IMG/VR virus record: IMGVR_UViG_3300032231_000020
Coordinates: 1 to 27,854 of that record
Origin: a virus
Lineage: Duplodnaviria; Caudoviricetes
Reading direction: 5' to 3' (one strand)
DNA: 27,854 nt
This document shows positions 5,194 to 15,800 of the stretch, piece by piece (within the stretch, counting starts at the first letter, position 1; every line of letters begins with the position of its first letter). Both the position numbers and the translations under genes were made by a program. The notes beneath the pieces are model-generated. The model did no database searches. It was not told where the DNA came from and saw only the letters and a program-made list of their open reading frames with translations.

Positions 5194-7046
5194 TATTTCC
5201 TCCCTCTGTAGTCATAGTAGCCGTGTAGCTGGATTACCCAATTTGTACTGGCATTGGTGTCCACCCTCTCCCTGATTGCATTGCTTTTATTGGTCATTAC
5301 CGATACTTCGCTTGAGTTTTGGGCCACCGGGCCAATACCGCCGTCACCTTCGACGGCAAGGTTGTGCTGTGAGGATGTTGGCAGGATTAGAGCCGCATTC
5401 AGCGAGTTAAGAAGCCCATAGGATGTGCCGACTAGCGTTCTGCGGGCGGAAAAGGTAAGTCTGGCGATACATTCAACGTCGGGGGGAGTGTTCAGCGTCA
5501 GGGTCGCTCCGCCAGTAGTAAGCGCACCACTTACCACAATCTCCCTTCCCCCATAAAGGACTTCCCCGCCGATAGAGTGCATGGTTCTGTTTGCGGCGGT
5601 ATCACGCCGGACTGAACCAATACGCCTCGACACATGGTCGGCCTGCGCCGCGTGGAAATTTGCGGCAGTCGGGCTGATGTCGATAGCGATATCAACAACG
5701 CCTGTGCTTAAATTCTTTACGACGTGAACGTGATAGCTTGTGTTATTTGCTAACCCAGCGGCGGACTCATAGGCCCCTTGGTTTGTGCCGACCGCCCAAG
5801 CCGCGTCAATCTGCTTTGTGATCCCGGCGGCTAAAACAATGTTGGTCGTGTCGCCATCATCCCGGCATGATCCGGGACCAAAATCAAAGTCATTGGTTGC
5901 ATCGACAACATTGGTAATGTAATCAAAACCGGAAATATAATCCGCTGGGAGAGGTAGTCCGCCTATGGGAAGACCGTCCGCCGACATCCATCCAACCATC
6001 TGCCAATAAGCAGGGCTGAGAGAGAGAGAACGGAACATTCCGACCGATCCCGCTGGGACAATAATATTCGCGCCGCCTTCAAGGATAAAGCTGGTGGCAT
6101 TATGGGTGAGCGTCGGGGTCCCGGTAAACTTTACGGTCAGTTCAAAGCCGACGCGCCTGCCGGTGAATCCGTTGACAGTATTGTTCCCGGTCGCATGGAA
6201 ATAGTTACCGGTGATTCCACTGACATTCATCGTGGTCGTGGTGACGATATCCGCGCTCTTGTTTTCAGCGATGGCCCCGGTGATATCAAAAGCCCCACTC
6301 CCCTTGGTCCGCAAGTCCCAGCCGATATTGGTATCCGATCCAATGGCTTCGACCTTGGGGCTTACGGTGGTCAACGCCTGAGTAATCTGGAGCCGGTTGG
6401 CGAAGCTGGCGACCTGCACACCTACCAGACATTCAGCCGTGTCGTTGGCTTTCTTGGCGAGCAGGTTGGATGTCATTTTTGTTTTGGATGCGTCTGTGTC
6501 AGTCTCGTCAACGCCCGTCGCTGTTCCGACCGTCACAAGGGATTCCGTTACCAAGTTGGTTCCAGACGCATTCCACTTGATGTACTCGTTTGCTCCCGGA
6601 AGCGGGATGGTAACGCCGGTCAAGCCGGAACCTGTGGGTAGGGCGATAGAAAGCCCAAGGTCGCGCTGTATGTCCTGCATGATCTTGGTGTGCTTATCCA
6701 TTTGGAGATTGACATCGAGCGCAAAGAAATCCCCGGAAGTCTGGAAGTCGGTGGGGCGGGCGATAATGATTTGCCGGAAGACAGTCCAGACGATTCCAGC
6801 AACCGCACCGGATGGGAAAACGCCTGTGTCTAGAACGATCAGGCCGCCGCCGGGGTTGCCTGCGCCAGTGACAGTGTAATCGACATTCTCAACCAGAGTC
6901 GTTATAAGGCCACCGCTCTTGTTCTGCACGATAACCTCATGCCCAGCGGGAGCAATAGGGATATCAACCGGGAAGGTATAGGAGAAACTTGGTTCCCCGC
7001 CTGCGGCGGTATAAATGTCAATCGCGTCATTGAATGGCACTGTCAT
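5193..7046 (-). CDS. Tail fibre / receptor-binding protein
   Basis: N-terminal podovirus anchor-like region (FSYTF...DYTVTGAG...TDFQTSGDF...QMDK), Gly/Thr-rich beta-type body, located at the end of the virion operon. Confidence 0.85.
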   Translation of the reverse strand: MTVPFNDAIDIYTAAGGEPSFSYTFPVDIPIAPAGHEVIVQNKSGGLITTLVENVDYTVTGAGNPGGGLIVLDTGVFPSGAVAGIVWTVFRQIIIARPTDFQTSGDFFALDVNLQMDKHTKIMQDIQRDLGLSIALPTGSGLTGVTIPLPGANEYIKWNASGTNLVTESLVTVGTATGVDETDTDASKTKMTSNLLAKKANDTAECLVGVQVASFANRLQITQALTTVSPKVEAIGSDTNIGWDLRTKGSGAFDITGAIAENKSADIVTTTTMNVSGITGNYFHATGNNTVNGFTGRRVGFELTVKFTGTPTLTHNATSFILEGGANIIVPAGSVGMFRSLSLSPAYWQMVGWMSADGLPIGGLPLPADYISGFDYITNVVDATNDFDFGPGSCRDDGDTTNIVLAAGITKQIDAAWAVGTNQGAYESAAGLANNTSYHVHVVKNLSTGVVDIAIDISPTAANFHAAQADHVSRRIGSVRRDTAANRTMHSIGGEVLYGGREIVVSGALTTGGATLTLNTPPDVECIARLTFSARRTLVGTSYGLLNSLNAALILPTSSQHNLAVEGDGGIGPVAQNSSEVSVMTNKSNAIRERVDTNASTNWVIQLHGYYDYRGRK

Positions 7047-7047
7047 T

Positions 7048-7224
7048 TTACTTTCCCCTTAGAAAATCGTTTACTTCCTTGTCCGAAGGATCGGATACAG
7101 TCGCCGCGTTTGGAAGGCTACCGCCCAAAAACAAATCAACGGCCCCGTCCATATCCTCTACCTCCGGGATAGAAACGTCCTGCAATAAAGACCCCGTGAC
7201 TTCCAGCTCTTTTTTCTTAGCCAT
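7048..7224 (-). CDS. 58-aa acidic hypothetical protein (not in ORF track)
   Basis: MAKKKELEVTGSLLQDVSIPEVEDMDGAVDLFLGGSLPNAATVSDPSDKEVNDFLRGK; GGAG RBS; exactly fills the gap between neighbours. Confidence 0.7.
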   Translation of the reverse strand: MAKKKELEVTGSLLQDVSIPEVEDMDGAVDLFLGGSLPNAATVSDPSDKEVNDFLRGK

Positions 7225-7227
7225 CGT

Positions 7228-9741
7228 CTACTCCAATTCAGGTGTTCTTTGTGGGCTTGTTGTTCCGGGTTTCCACCAGAACCTTTGTCCGGTCGATCTC
7301 CTGAACCGCCTTTGCTGTTGTCTTAGGTTCTGCCTTGCCTTGGGGTCTGCCCATAATTGCAGTTGATCCAGAATGAGGCGTTCATAACCCAGCCGGGCAT
7401 ACCAGATTGAGCCTCCGGGCGTGTACCGGCGCATCAATCTTACCATTTCCCGACCGAAATTCGTATCATCGCCTGCGGCAAACTCAAATATATTCCCCAA
7501 GAAGGCCCGCCGTACCACGTCGTCACCGAATTGAGCCACCGGACCGGCAAGCTGTTGCGCCAGACCACCCCCAAAACGGTTGAGATCGCTGAACAGGAAG
7601 TCGCCGAACAGCCCAAGGCCGCCACCCTGAACCAGCGAGGCCGTCCAGAACTTGATTGAGTCCTCACCATCCATCGGGCGAGGGTCTTTTCCCTTCACGA
7701 CTTCCTTTAGCTGGAGGGCCATCGCTCCCATCAAGGTCGTGCTGATTGCAAGGTCCGCCGCCGCCTTGCCCTTCGCCATCGCTCCCGGCTGAGACAATAC
7801 CCGATTGATATGGGTGTTCATTATGGTCAAGGCGAAGGTCTTGTACATGGCTACAGATCGCATTGCTTCCCCCTGAAACGTACCGGGGCGAGTGTTCCCT
7901 ACAATCTGAACCCTTCCCTTGAGGGAAACAGTCGGGACGGCAAATTCTGTCTCTGACTGGACCATACGCAGTAATTTATTCGTTACCTGATCCGCCAATT
8001 CCGGGGCAAGGTCTGTCCTTTTCGTGATATTTTCGGGTTTCACATACAGGGTGCCGGGTCCAGACCATCCATCGATATCCACGCTGGCATCGTAAAGGTC
8101 TGTTTTCCTTATGATATCCCACTCCGCCTTTGTAATCCCGTACTTATTCATCATGGTCTGCATATTTGGATGGAGGCCACCGAACTCCTTGCTGATATTG
8201 TCCGCGAGATCGCCAAGGAAAGCCTGCCCGAAGCCCCACCGGTTCGCCTGAGTCCAAGGGGAAAGTCCGGAAGCCCTTAAAACAGCATCAGATACGCGGC
8301 GGGCTACCTCTGGCCCTTCGACCTCCCCGACATACCTCATCTGGGCTGATCCTACCGTACCCCATTGCTCCGCAATCAACCCTAATCGGGTCGCCATTGT
8401 TCCACGTGAAACAGGGTCCAAAGTCAATATGTTTGCAAGGGTTTCCTGCATCACGCGGGCCTGCGGGAGTCCTGCTGTGCGGGCGGCAATGCGCTGGTAG
8501 TTTACGTCGGTCAAGGCCGAGATAACAGCGGAGCCAAGGACGGCGGCGGCATGGAGCGACCGGAATCCAGCAAAACCATTGGCTACCCTCTCATTAACCG
8601 GGTGGTTCAGCTTCCCGGTAAAAGCATCAACCATGTTATCTGCTTGATTATTAACGCTTCTCGTGTAGTCCTCCCAATTCTTAAAGGCCAGCACCCCTTT
8701 GCGTTTTAATTTTGAGGCATCTTTTTGAACCGCGCTTTGCATGGATGAGTCTTTCAGGAACTCCAGCATGGCGACCGGATTAGGACCGAAGGTTTCCACC
8801 ATAGCGATATCCCGGCTCATGCCGTCAATATGGGACATCATCACGCTAAACGGATCGCCATCCCCAAAGCTGTCATGGTACTGGAGCCATGCCTCGGAAT
8901 CCTTGAATGGTAGAAACCGATGCTCTGCCCGGCGGTTGGCTGCCTTCTGCTTGCCTGCGGTCAATGAAGGCTCAAAACTCCCAAACCCTTTGGTTGTAAT
9001 GTTTTCATAGACCTCTTTTAAAATAAGGTCCACGTTTTTATCAGACGACCGGAACCCTGTCGTGTAGTCGATCAGCTTCTCTGTGTCAATCTTTGGGCGC
9101 ACGAAGTCTATCCACTCGGACATCGTTGTTTCTCTAACCTTCAATGTATTATGCGTCTGAGGCATACCCCAATTCTGGTGTTTTGGGATGGCCCCGCCTG
9201 CCCGGTTGAATCGTTTCCTCTGGAACTCGGCCCCCTCGGTCCATGCCCCCGCCAATTCTTTGGCGGCCTTATCCCCGGTATCTCTCCCGAAGGACTCATG
9301 CACCATGTTTCTAAGGCTGGCCTTGTTGCGGGTTTCGCCCACCAGATTGCGCCGAAACTTGACCAGAACATCAGTGATGATCGCTTGGGTTCGCCCGAAA
9401 ATCGCCTTCCTCCGGGCCTCCAGATTGTCGTATGAAGCGAACTCATCCCGATCCACAAGGGCGCGACGGCCTGCCGCCATGTCTTTTTCGCCGTGAGCGT
9501 TACGATAGGACTTCATTTCCTGAAACCGGGCCTCTGCTACCCGGAGCTGAATCATCCTCTGACGCTTGCGCTGGAAGGCTTGAAACTGGAGGATATCAAA
9601 GGTCCGCTGTGAAGCTGTGGCCTCATCAAAGCGACTACCGTCAGCCATAAGCTCGCTAAACAAGTCTCTGGCTTCCTGCGCTCTCTGCGGGTCCACTTCC
9701 CCGGCCTGTGCCGATCTGTTTAAGCAGTCAATAAAACTCAC
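7228..9741 (-). CDS. Internal virion (DNA ejection) protein
   Basis: 837 aa, helical; WGMPQ and C-terminal QGGGLGLFGDFLF...PGGSIWY motifs typical of the last core protein of BPP-1/epsilon15-like phages; precedes the tail fibre. Confidence 0.75.
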   Translation of the reverse strand: MSFIDCLNRSAQAGEVDPQRAQEARDLFSELMADGSRFDEATASQRTFDILQFQAFQRKRQRMIQLRVAEARFQEMKSYRNAHGEKDMAAGRRALVDRDEFASYDNLEARRKAIFGRTQAIITDVLVKFRRNLVGETRNKASLRNMVHESFGRDTGDKAAKELAGAWTEGAEFQRKRFNRAGGAIPKHQNWGMPQTHNTLKVRETTMSEWIDFVRPKIDTEKLIDYTTGFRSSDKNVDLILKEVYENITTKGFGSFEPSLTAGKQKAANRRAEHRFLPFKDSEAWLQYHDSFGDGDPFSVMMSHIDGMSRDIAMVETFGPNPVAMLEFLKDSSMQSAVQKDASKLKRKGVLAFKNWEDYTRSVNNQADNMVDAFTGKLNHPVNERVANGFAGFRSLHAAAVLGSAVISALTDVNYQRIAARTAGLPQARVMQETLANILTLDPVSRGTMATRLGLIAEQWGTVGSAQMRYVGEVEGPEVARRVSDAVLRASGLSPWTQANRWGFGQAFLGDLADNISKEFGGLHPNMQTMMNKYGITKAEWDIIRKTDLYDASVDIDGWSGPGTLYVKPENITKRTDLAPELADQVTNKLLRMVQSETEFAVPTVSLKGRVQIVGNTRPGTFQGEAMRSVAMYKTFALTIMNTHINRVLSQPGAMAKGKAAADLAISTTLMGAMALQLKEVVKGKDPRPMDGEDSIKFWTASLVQGGGLGLFGDFLFSDLNRFGGGLAQQLAGPVAQFGDDVVRRAFLGNIFEFAAGDDTNFGREMVRLMRRYTPGGSIWYARLGYERLILDQLQLWADPKARQNLRQQQRRFRRSTGQRFWWKPGTTSPQRTPELE

Positions 9742-12700
9742 GCGCTACCCCCTCTAATGCACCCCGCCAAGCCGTTTAGAAAATCATCATCGCCCTTGGC
9801 TTCCTCGGCGATTTCGCCCGCCTTGATTGATGTGGTGTTCGTTTTCCCTGTATTCGGATCAACAACCTCCACAGGTATTTTTTTCTCAGCCAAGGCGGGG
9901 TCCGTTGCAATCGTTTCCAATTCCTCATCAAATATCCTGCTCTGGATTTCAGGGCCTACCGCTCCCGGCTTGACTTCATCGAAACCTTCAACTTCTTCTA
10001 CGTCCCGGACTGCTGTTGATTGCTCAGGGTTCGCCCTAGCTTGTGGCGATACTTCGTCAGAGCGTCCAGCTCCGCCGACTGCAAGCCCCTCAAAATCGCC
10101 GCGTGTAATTGCCTCTCTGACTGAATCGACAAATTGATCGACGGCTGGGCCGAACTTTTTGGTTTCGCCCGCGAGCCGGGCGGCGTTGGTGAGGGCATCG
10201 GATAAAGCTCCCGTTCTGTTTGCCAGCTTCATCAGTAATTCGACGGCGACTGCGCTCTCTTGGGCAATCTGCTGGTTGGTGTCCGTCTTTAGGGCATTGC
10301 CTTCCTGCTCAATCTTACCCTTATTCGCAACTAAATTCTTAAAAACCGACTTCTCTTTGCGTAATTTCTGCAAGGTCTTCTGGAGTACCTTCGCCCGCTC
10401 TGAAAAAAGGGAAGTCTGTAGAACCTCCTCACCGAAAAGACTCTCTTGTACTTCCGTGCGGGTTCCGACCTCTCTAGCCTGCCGGATTATAGCCTCGGCC
10501 TCAATGTCAGTCTTTCGGATAACCTGCTCTCTAATCAGGACATCCATGATGGCATCTTGAAGGCTGGGGTCTTGCACCAACCGGGCCACCATCGCGCCGT
10601 GAGTAGCCGAAATCTTCTGGTTAATGACATGGGAAAACGACTTGTCTGAAAGATTAATCAGCCCTGATATGGTCCGCACCATCGTTGACCTTGGCGGAAG
10701 CGACTTCAATAATCCTTCCATTTCTTCGGGGCGGATACGCATGACCTTGGCGGCATCGATAGCAAGCTGGGGTGTCACGGCATCGGTTTCGGCGATGTTC
10801 TTCATTGCCGCCTCGACCATAACATCCTCGGCTGAGAATCCATCCTGCTCCTTGCGGACAATCGCCAGCAACCTTACGTCGGCATCCGGATTGCTCTCCA
10901 ATATTTTCTTTGCCAGCCCGGTCCTCTGGTGTCCGTCTGCAATAAACCGGTTGCCAGCCGAATCTTCCCATACAAGGGTAAGCCCGGCTTTAGTTTGGTC
11001 CCATTCCTTCACGTCAGCCAGCCGGGCAGAAACCCCCGCCTCGTCGGTCGCGGACTTAAACTGGAAACGATCTGCATCGACATTCAGCCCTCGCGGGTCA
11101 ATCAATTCTGCGGTCGATCCAGAATTATCAGCCCGGGTTGAAATAACATCCCCGGAAGCAGGGACGTTGGGTTCATCTGGAATATCAGGAAGCTCCCCTT
11201 TTTCTGCGGCCTCGTCTGCGGCGATGGTACGGGCATCATGTTCCTTTTGGGCCGCCGCCTGCTGTGCGGGGTCTGGCTCTGATCGCTTAAATCCAACCGT
11301 TGCAGAATCGCTCCCGGACTTCGCTTGAGCTTTTATGGATGCGCGTATCTTTTTGGCTTCCCGGTCGATATTCTCAACGCCCGCGTCTTTCAGGAATTTC
11401 AAAAACCTGTCGTGGGCCTTACTTTTCCCTTTTCCCCCAACTACAAATAGTGCTTTGGCAATATCATTTTCAAAAGTTAAATCTATCGGCCTACTGCCAA
11501 AATTGTATTTAGGTGACGACCTTTGAAGGTCCGGCGGGAGCCGGGCAAGATTCGCGTCCGGCTGAGCTTCGTCTGGTTTTCTTTTGGTCCGCTCCGCAGT
11601 CTCTCCCGCTTCCCCCTTTTCCGCCGCTCTTTGCGCCTCGACCTCTAAAATAACCTTTTCTTTTGCTAATTCTTCCTCGACCTTTCGGCTTTCGGCGGCG
11701 GATTCATCAAGTTTTGCTTTAGCCCGGTCCCTTTTATCCCTCGCTTGATCTTCGATCTTAATCCGCTCCTCTGGAATATCAGCCCCGCTATCAAGGATTT
11801 CATCGTTGGCCTTTTTTTCGTCGGAGAATATTCGCTTCGCTTCCTCAAAATCGGCTACGGACTGATCTATCCTTGCGCGGGCCGCCGCTCTCTGTTCCGC
11901 CGGGGTAATATCCTGCTCAGTGATTCCCTCTCTAGGCTTATCGATATCTGCCAGTGGCTCCGGTTGCTCCGGCCCCTGCCATAGAGGGTTGTCGTCTGTC
12001 TGGTTAGCGTCCTTCTCCAGTTGCCCCGCCAGCGCACGTTCCTCAAGGGTGGCGTTCGGGTTATCCAGAATTTCCTGCGCCAGTGTGCGCGAGTTTTGGG
12101 ACTGGATCGCCTTGATGCGCTTCAAGAGTTTTTCGCCCTGCTTGCTCAGTCCGGCAAGAGTACCGCCAAGAAAACCTCCTGCGCCGGTAGCGAGTATCAC
12201 GTTCCGCAACCCGGCCTCAAAACCGGCATCTTTGAAACCAAGGCGACCGCGAAACTCCTGAACGATAGGTTGGATTAATGCCTCACTCCCGCCAGCCAAT
12301 AAAGCCTCGCTCAGACCTACCCGCGCCATCGCCTGCAAGGTGGATCGTCCTGCCAAGGAAGGCCAGTTTGCCGGAAGGGTCGCCAGTATCAGTGGGTCGT
12401 GCATGAACGCGGTCAACTCACCGGCAATCCCCGCCGCTTTCCCGGTCAATGTCGTATGCTCAAACGCTTCGTCTGCTTTAAGCTGTCTCTCTTGGGCGGC
12501 TAATGGGATACCGGCCTGCACTTGTTTGAAGTTCGGGATTACGTTTCTCTTGTCCTCCGGCAAAGACTCCCGGAACTGTTCGACCTGCCCTTCAAACCAT
12601 CCCACCTGAACGTCCACAAGGGTCTTGCCGCTAAACTCAAACTTCCCGTCCGGGTGCGCTTCCGGGATGAACGTCGTGTAGGGGTTTTGGAGTCTTTGGG

Positions 12701-12899
12701 ATGATAATCCCTCAAACTGATCTATCCGGTCGTCGTATGTTTTTTCAAGGTTGATTTCCTCGGAGATAGAAAGCATCTGGCGCATGGCATTTTCTTTCAA
12801 AAGACTAAAGACCTCCAGAGGGCTTTTCGCCGTTCCCGTCACAACCTCGCGGCGGAACTTCCCTCTTGATTGCCCTGTCTGCATGAAAATACCAGTCAT
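9738..12899 (-). CDS. Internal virion protein with ParB/Srx-like domain
   Basis: Gly/Ala-rich hydrophobic N-terminal segments, charged linker, then VDADRFQFK...VWEDSAGNRFIADGHQRTGLAK (ParB GxxR-type motif). Confidence 0.7.
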   Translation of the reverse strand: MTGIFMQTGQSRGKFRREVVTGTAKSPLEVFSLLKENAMRQMLSISEEINLEKTYDDRIDQFEGLSSQRLQNPYTTFIPEAHPDGKFEFSGKTLVDVQVGWFEGQVEQFRESLPEDKRNVIPNFKQVQAGIPLAAQERQLKADEAFEHTTLTGKAAGIAGELTAFMHDPLILATLPANWPSLAGRSTLQAMARVGLSEALLAGGSEALIQPIVQEFRGRLGFKDAGFEAGLRNVILATGAGGFLGGTLAGLSKQGEKLLKRIKAIQSQNSRTLAQEILDNPNATLEERALAGQLEKDANQTDDNPLWQGPEQPEPLADIDKPREGITEQDITPAEQRAAARARIDQSVADFEEAKRIFSDEKKANDEILDSGADIPEERIKIEDQARDKRDRAKAKLDESAAESRKVEEELAKEKVILEVEAQRAAEKGEAGETAERTKRKPDEAQPDANLARLPPDLQRSSPKYNFGSRPIDLTFENDIAKALFVVGGKGKSKAHDRFLKFLKDAGVENIDREAKKIRASIKAQAKSGSDSATVGFKRSEPDPAQQAAAQKEHDARTIAADEAAEKGELPDIPDEPNVPASGDVISTRADNSGSTAELIDPRGLNVDADRFQFKSATDEAGVSARLADVKEWDQTKAGLTLVWEDSAGNRFIADGHQRTGLAKKILESNPDADVRLLAIVRKEQDGFSAEDVMVEAAMKNIAETDAVTPQLAIDAAKVMRIRPEEMEGLLKSLPPRSTMVRTISGLINLSDKSFSHVINQKISATHGAMVARLVQDPSLQDAIMDVLIREQVIRKTDIEAEAIIRQAREVGTRTEVQESLFGEEVLQTSLFSERAKVLQKTLQKLRKEKSVFKNLVANKGKIEQEGNALKTDTNQQIAQESAVAVELLMKLANRTGALSDALTNAARLAGETKKFGPAVDQFVDSVREAITRGDFEGLAVGGAGRSDEVSPQARANPEQSTAVRDVEEVEGFDEVKPGAVGPEIQSRIFDEELETIATDPALAEKKIPVEVVDPNTGKTNTTSIKAGEIAEEAKGDDDFLNGLAGCIRGGSA

Positions 12900-15800
12900 T
12901 TTTTGGCCTTCTCGATACCCTGCTTAATCAGGGCGATAGGGTGGGGGTTTTCCCCGTTCTCATGTACAATCATGGCGTCCATAATTTTCGCCAAAACATC
13001 TGTGCTTGAAAAATCAATCTTAGCCTTCCTGCTTACGCCTGATCGCTGGGAAACAGACTTGATGTAGCTCTCAGTATCATTATTGTCCTGCGGAGGAGCC
13101 CACCTTTTTATGATTCCCTCAAGGGTCTTGATCCCGCTATTCTTGTTGTAATTAATCAGCACCCGGCCCATAGCCCGGAGGCCGTCTACAGGCTTATCAA
13201 ATTTAACAAAGGTCGGGTCGCTTTGGTCGCGGGAAGCCCCCTGCCATTTATTATTTGAGTGCTTGATATTACCGGGATTATTGTTTCTAAGTCCGCGTGG
13301 GGCGTTGCCCCCAAGCCCTGTAATATCGTCAGTCTTTGTGTCGGCGGCGGGGGTCGGCTTCATCAATTTGTCAAGCGACCCCAGAGCTTTATCAACGATA
13401 TCTTTCACGGATTGCGATGCCCCCTCAATAGATTCTCCGGCTTTCTGCAAAGCCTCTTTCCCTTTCTCGATTAACTCCGGTGCCGTTTCCTCGATTCCCT
13501 CAAAAGGCGACCCGCCGGAAGTGGCGGTTGATTTCTCAGCCGTTTCCTCGATAGTAGTCTGGGCCTCCTCAAATATATTTGCTTTCGCAGACTTCATGTG
13601 GCGTATCCGCCTGCCGCCCGAAAGCTTGTTCAGGTCAAGGACATACCAGCCATTACGACTGGCGGCGATATCGCTAAACGGGTCGGCTTGTGCGCCGTAT
13701 ATCTTGCTTGTCCCGGACGCTTCGTTGGAAACGATGTACTGCCCGTCACCGATACTGATAAGCTTGATATCATCGCCATGAACCTCTATCTCTTTTGCGA
13801 TATCAATCTGTTCGATTTCGCCTGTAGCCCTCTGAATAACCGGCGCGCCACCACCAGCCGCGTCCCGGTAGTCGTCGGCGGTCATCTCTGCGATAAAATC
13901 CTGAAACTTCCCCGCCTCAAACCAGCTTGGAACGTGGACGTGCTTATCGTGGTAGGATGTGATTCCTCCGTACTGATCGCTGTCTATGAAATTCGCGCCG
14001 GATGCCTCCTGCAAGGCAACCGCGTACTCCCCTACGTTATCGGCAAACTCAGACGGATCAGTTTTCCCCTTCCTGAACATCCTCGCTGTGTAGATTGCCT
14101 CGGCGGTATTAAGCACCTGCCTGTGGGTTTCAGGACTTTCCTCATACGCGGAGCCAAGTATAACGGTGTGGGCTTCCCGCGCTTCAAGGGAGTCTTGTCG
14201 CATGACGCGAATACCGCCACCCTCAACGGTTCCCTGAATAATCGAAAGCCCTTCCATCGCATCGGACAGGGTTGCGTGTTGTACCCCCTGCTTCATCATC
14301 CCTGCGATGTGCATATACTCAGGAGATTTTGGGGAGACTTCCGCAAGTACTTCGTCCTGTCGATCACCAAAGCCCACAAGTGAAGCCAGAAATCCAAGTT
14401 TTGCGTCCGGACTTGTGTTTCGGTCGGTCAGAAATTTACGGAACGCCTCAACCTCCTCCGCCTTTAGGTATTTTGGTGGCCTGCCGTAGTGCGCCCCCAC
14501 CGCTTCCGCTTGAGCAATACGCCTGTTCATTAACTCCTGCGGGCTGACCTGCTGACCGTTGATCTCAATCGTTTCCTCTGCGGTCGGTATGATTGGGGTC
14601 GTTTCAACCAACCCAACATGATTCGCCCACTCCAGTTGGTCTTTGTTAAGCTCGGTTGTCATATTGGAAAGCAATTCCTCCTTGGCTACCATCTGCTCAA
14701 CGTCGGTCGCGGATATCGGTCCCCCTGAATCTCGCTGGTCTTCCAAGTCGGCCCGCTCTGCGCTCACCAAAGCGTCCAGATTCGTTGGAGTCATTACCGA
14801 CATACTGTGCATATCGTTGCTATGGCTGACCCAATCGGACATCTGGGCAAAGGATTCCTCGTCACCTAATTGATGGGCGCGGGTTTTCATTAAGGCGATT
14901 TTTTTGTCGCTTAGTTGCCCTCCTTTTTTCAAGACATTGATATCTGACTTGACCTCCGCCTTAAATTGCCTGAGTTGGGCATTCCTTCCTACGTTCTCGC
15001 GGGAAATCACTCCGGTCATGTATCTGACAAGAGCCGACTTTCTTCGGACGTCCGGGCGCAAGTCCAGAGCGACACCGCCTTTTTCATTCTTTACGGTCAG
15101 GTCTATTTCGTTGGCTTCAAATTTCCTTAGAAATTCCTCTTTATTTGGGTTTTTGTTGAATGCCGACTTGATTGCTGAGTTGGACGTGTCGGCATCAAAC
15201 TGCTGTAAGGCTCTCTCCCGGAACGCCGGATTGTGCGCTCCAATTACATTGCCATCCGGGTCCGTGATCTCGGCCCCGTAGTCGGATGTAATCTGCGACC
15301 GCTGTTCAACGATTGCGGCGACGCTTTTAAGGGAGATACGTGGATCATCATCAAAAACGTGTTCTGCGTTTGCAACAACATCGACGGACCGCTGGTTATC
15401 TTTCTGGAGCGCGTTTACCTCCTCCTGCATAACCTGTCTTTTGCGCTCTGCGGTTCGGAGGCCGTTCAGACCGACATTCGCCCGTACTTGAGATTTAAGG
15501 AGAAATGTTTGCCCGAGTCGTTCCCGGATATTTGGCGGGAAGCCGCCAACCACTCCATTGAGATATCCTGATATCTGGCTCTTGGCTTTATCGTGATCGT
15601 TTGGATTCTCTGCGATGATCTCCTGCATTCTCTTGGTCGCATTTAACTCAACCGTATCGAGAAAACTTTTTTGCGCGGCCCCCGTGTAGGCTTTCCCGCG
15701 AAAGGTGGGGGCGTATAGCAAGTCTGTATTAAACTTCCCTTGCTGACCGTCAACGATCCCCTGTCGGACAACTTCGGCTTCATCCTTGTCTTTGAAGTTC

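Noticed and set aside
5193-7046. BPP-1-type diversity-generating retroelement acting on the tail fibre
   Set aside because: No reverse transcriptase and no template/variable repeat pair seen in the window.
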